Shown here piece after piece: positions 61,693-64,000 of a DNA stretch of 64,000 nucleotides (the first letter of the stretch is position 1; every line of letters starts with the position of its first letter). A program made the translations under genes and the position numbers. A model generated the notes under the pieces. That model made no database searches and was not told the DNA's origin. It saw nothing but the letters and a program-made list of their open reading frames with translations. The stretch comes from an uncultured delta proteobacterium (GTDB taxonomy: Bacteria > Myxococcota > Myxococcia > Myxococcales > Myxococcaceae), in NCBI GenBank assembly GCA_963796055.1, contig CAWCKH010000004.1, positions 1,888,001 through 1,952,000 of the forward strand. Reading direction: 5' to 3'.

Positions 61693-63360
61693 ATGCGCGT
61701 CGCCCTCGTCCTTCCCTGTCTGCTCGGTGCCTCGCTCTCCACCGCCGCGCCGCTCCCCGGCCTGCCGGAGCTCCGGGCCTCGCTCGAGCAGTTCGTTCCC
61801 ACCCCGATCGCGGTGGATCTCTCCCGGCTGCCCAACTCCGAGCGCCGGGCGCTGGCCCGACTGGTCGAGGCAGCCCGCCTGATGGACCCGCTGTTCCTCC
61901 GCCAGGTGTGGGCCGGAAACGAGGCGCAGCTGGCGGCTCTGGCCAGGGACTCCACGCCGCTCGGGCAGGCGCGGCTGCGCTTCTTCCTCCTCAACTCCGG
62001 GCCCTGGGATCGGCTGGCGCACGACGCGCCGTTCCTCCCCGGCGTCCCGGCGAAGCCACCCCAGGCGAGCTTCTACCCGGCGGACGCCACCAAGGAGGAG
62101 GTGTCGCGCTGGATGTCCACCCTGACTCCCGACGAGCGGGCGCGCGCCGGTGGCTTCTTCACCACCATCCGCCGGATGCCGAGCGGCGGCCTCACCGCGG
62201 TCCCGTACAGCGTGGAGTACCAGGGTGAGCTGGCGCTGGCGGCCGCTCGTCTCCGCGAGGCCGCGGCGGCCACCAGCCAGCCGTCGCTGCGGACCTTCCT
62301 CGAGAAGCGCGCCGCGGCCCTGCTCGGCAACGACTACGTCGACTCCGACCTGGCGTGGATGCAGCTCGAGGCGACGATCGATCCCACCTTCGGCCCGTAC
62401 GAGACGTACGAGGACGAGTGGTTCGGTCAGAAGGCGGCCTTCGAGGCGTACATCACCGTGGTCGACGCCGCCGAGACCGAGAAGCTGAAGCGGTTCTCCG
62501 GCCAGCTCCAGGCGCTGGAGAACGCGCTGCCGATGGACGACCGGTACAAGAATCCGAAGATCGGCGGGCTGGCGCCCATCCGGGTGGTCAACAGCGTCTT
62601 CGCCTCGGGTCACGCCAACCACGGTGTGCAGACCGCGGCCTACAACCTTCCCAACGACGAGAGCACCGTCGCCGCGCACGGCAGCAAGCGAATCATGCTC
62701 AAGAACATCGACCGGGCGAAGTTCGACCGCACCCTGGTCCCGATCGCCAGGGTGGCCATCGCCCCGGCGCTGTTGAAGTCGGTGGAGTTCGATCCCTTCT
62801 TCACCCAGATCCTGATGCACGAGCTGATGCACGGCATCGGTCCGCAGCGGATCACGGTCAACGGCCGCGAGACCACGCCGCGGGCGGAGCTCCAGGAAAC
62901 CTACGCTGCGATCGAGGAGTGCAAGGCCGACGTGGTGGGCATCTGGGCGATGCAGCGGCTGGTCGACCAGCGGCAGCTCCCGCCGCAGATGGGACGGGGG
63001 CTCGGGCCCACGGTGCTCGCCGGGATGTTCCGCTCGATCCGATTCGGGCTCACCGAGGCGCACGGCCTGGGCACCGCGGTACAGCTGAACTGGCTCCTCG
63101 ACGCCGGGGCGTACAAGGTCTCCGCGGACGGGCGCTTCACGCTGGTCCCGGAGAAGGTGGGCCCGGCGTTCGAGTCGCTGGCGCGCGAGCTCCTCACCAT
63201 CGAGGCCACCGGGGACAGGGCGCGGGCCAAGGCGCTCCTCGACCGGCTGGCGGTGAATCGGCCCGAGACCCGGCGGGTCCTCTCCCGGCTGCGGAAGGTC
63301 CCGGTCGACATTGCCCCGCGGTACGTGACCGCGGAGAAGCTCGAGGCGGAGTTCCACTAG
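61693..63360 (+). CDS. Secreted M49 (DPP III-like) zinc peptidase, HEXXH type
   Basis: Signal peptide, GPWDRL, GPYETYED, AYNLPNDE, HELMHG, EECKAD. Confidence 0.82.
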   Translation: MRVALVLPCLLGASLSTAAPLPGLPELRASLEQFVPTPIAVDLSRLPNSERRALARLVEAARLMDPLFLRQVWAGNEAQLAALARDSTPLGQARLRFFLLNSGPWDRLAHDAPFLPGVPAKPPQASFYPADATKEEVSRWMSTLTPDERARAGGFFTTIRRMPSGGLTAVPYSVEYQGELALAAARLREAAAATSQPSLRTFLEKRAAALLGNDYVDSDLAWMQLEATIDPTFGPYETYEDEWFGQKAAFEAYITVVDAAETEKLKRFSGQLQALENALPMDDRYKNPKIGGLAPIRVVNSVFASGHANHGVQTAAYNLPNDESTVAAHGSKRIMLKNIDRAKFDRTLVPIARVAIAPALLKSVEFDPFFTQILMHELMHGIGPQRITVNGRETTPRAELQETYAAIEECKADVVGIWAMQRLVDQRQLPPQMGRGLGPTVLAGMFRSIRFGLTEAHGLGTAVQLNWLLDAGAYKVSADGRFTLVPEKVGPAFESLARELLTIEATGDRARAKALLDRLAVNRPETRRVLSRLRKVPVDIAPRYVTAEKLEAEFH

Positions 63361-63422
63361 CTCCAGTTCAAGGGTTGCGAGGCCGAGTTCCCCTGTGGTG
63401 CGCGCCTTGATACGAGGGTGTC

Positions 63423-64000
63423 ATGGGCAAGGCTGTCGCCGCCCTCTTGCTGGTCGTGACGGGCGCCGTGCGTGCTGCCCCGGCTCCGGATCCTCCACCC
63501 TCGCGTCCGCGCCGCTCGGTGGTGGTCCTCTACTCCATCTCCCAGGAGGTGGCGGGCCTCCACGAGCTGAGCGTCGCGGTGAACGAGGGGATCCGCAAAG
63601 GCTCGCCGGTCCCGGTGGACGTGTACGGCGAGTACACGGGGCTGGACCGCTTCTCCGGCGAGGCGTACGCCGATGCGCTGCAGGTGATGCTGCGGGAGAA
63701 GTACCGGTCCCGGAAGGTCGACCTCCTGGTCCTGATCGGCCCCACCGCCCTCGACTTCGTGCTGTCGAAGAACGCGTTCCCCGGCGTGCCGATCGTCAGC
63801 TGTTACGTCGCCGGTCGTCTGGTGGAGGACGCCCGCCGAACCCGCGCCGAGCTGACCGGGGCGCTGCCGGCGCAGAACGCCCCGCGGACGATCGCACTGA
63901 TGCTCCGGCTCTACCCCGAGACCCGGCGCATTCAGGTGGTGCTGGGGGCCAGCGCCCACGAGCGCGGCCAGGCCGAGCAGGGCAAGATCCTCTTCGCGCC
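63423..64000 (+). CDS. N-terminal extracytoplasmic sensor domain, probably of a histidine kinase (runs off window end)
   Basis: Not in ORF track. Open frame MGKAVAALLLVV...SVVVLYS...VYGEYTGLDRF...EKYRSRKVDLLV...FPGVPIV to the window end. Confidence 0.65.
   Translation, partial: MGKAVAALLLVVTGAVRAAPAPDPPPSRPRRSVVVLYSISQEVAGLHELSVAVNEGIRKGSPVPVDVYGEYTGLDRFSGEAYADALQVMLREKYRSRKVDLLVLIGPTALDFVLSKNAFPGVPIVSCYVAGRLVEDARRTRAELTGALPAQNAPRTIALMLRLYPETRRIQVVLGASAHERGQAEQGKILFA

Overview
Very GC-rich bacterial DNA, most likely Myxococcota (inferred from gene content and codon style), about 60 genes. I see no rRNA, tRNA, CRISPR array or transposase. Main blocks, left to right: (1) NhaR-like LysR regulator divergent from PGPGW-terC-ftsH; (2) thrE-like/moaA/adh; (3) a kynurenine/3-hydroxyanthranilate tryptophan-catabolic cluster (aminomuconate-semialdehyde dehydrogenase, RidA-type deaminase, 3-HAO, ACMSD, kynU, kmo, an atypical SDR, and a divergent 4-oxalocrotonate decarboxylase-like gene) next to an HGGYW/GHSAG hydrolase that may be the missing formamidase; (4) housekeeping enzymes (OYE, 2-hydroxyacid dehydrogenase, YhdH, desaturase, apt, E1 alpha/beta, MATE, FAH); (5) long-form Lhr helicase followed by an internally deleted mini-Nei and a cluster of alternating ~41-bp palindromic repeats; (6) a complete alternative complex III (actABCDEF plus a G-like gene)-SCO-caa3 (A2-type) oxidase operon ending in a thioredoxin/TPR lipoprotein; (7) a ligase-associated exonuclease and ATP-dependent ligase separated by a translationally coupled penicillin acylase; (8) NfeD-SPFH, a flavin oxidoreductase, an HEXXH-type M49 peptidase and a truncated sensor protein. 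Three genes (OYE, lhr, actB) carry single +1 frameshifts, all in a GA(A)TCTC context; the actB shift creates a false ActB-ActC fusion. Best novelty candidates: the SDR and hydrolase as missing-step enzymes of the kynurenine route, the mini-Nei and REP-like array, and an unannotated promoter-hairpin-perfect SD-14-aa sORF unit at ~26.8 kb. All family calls are from motif recognition by eye; no searches were run.
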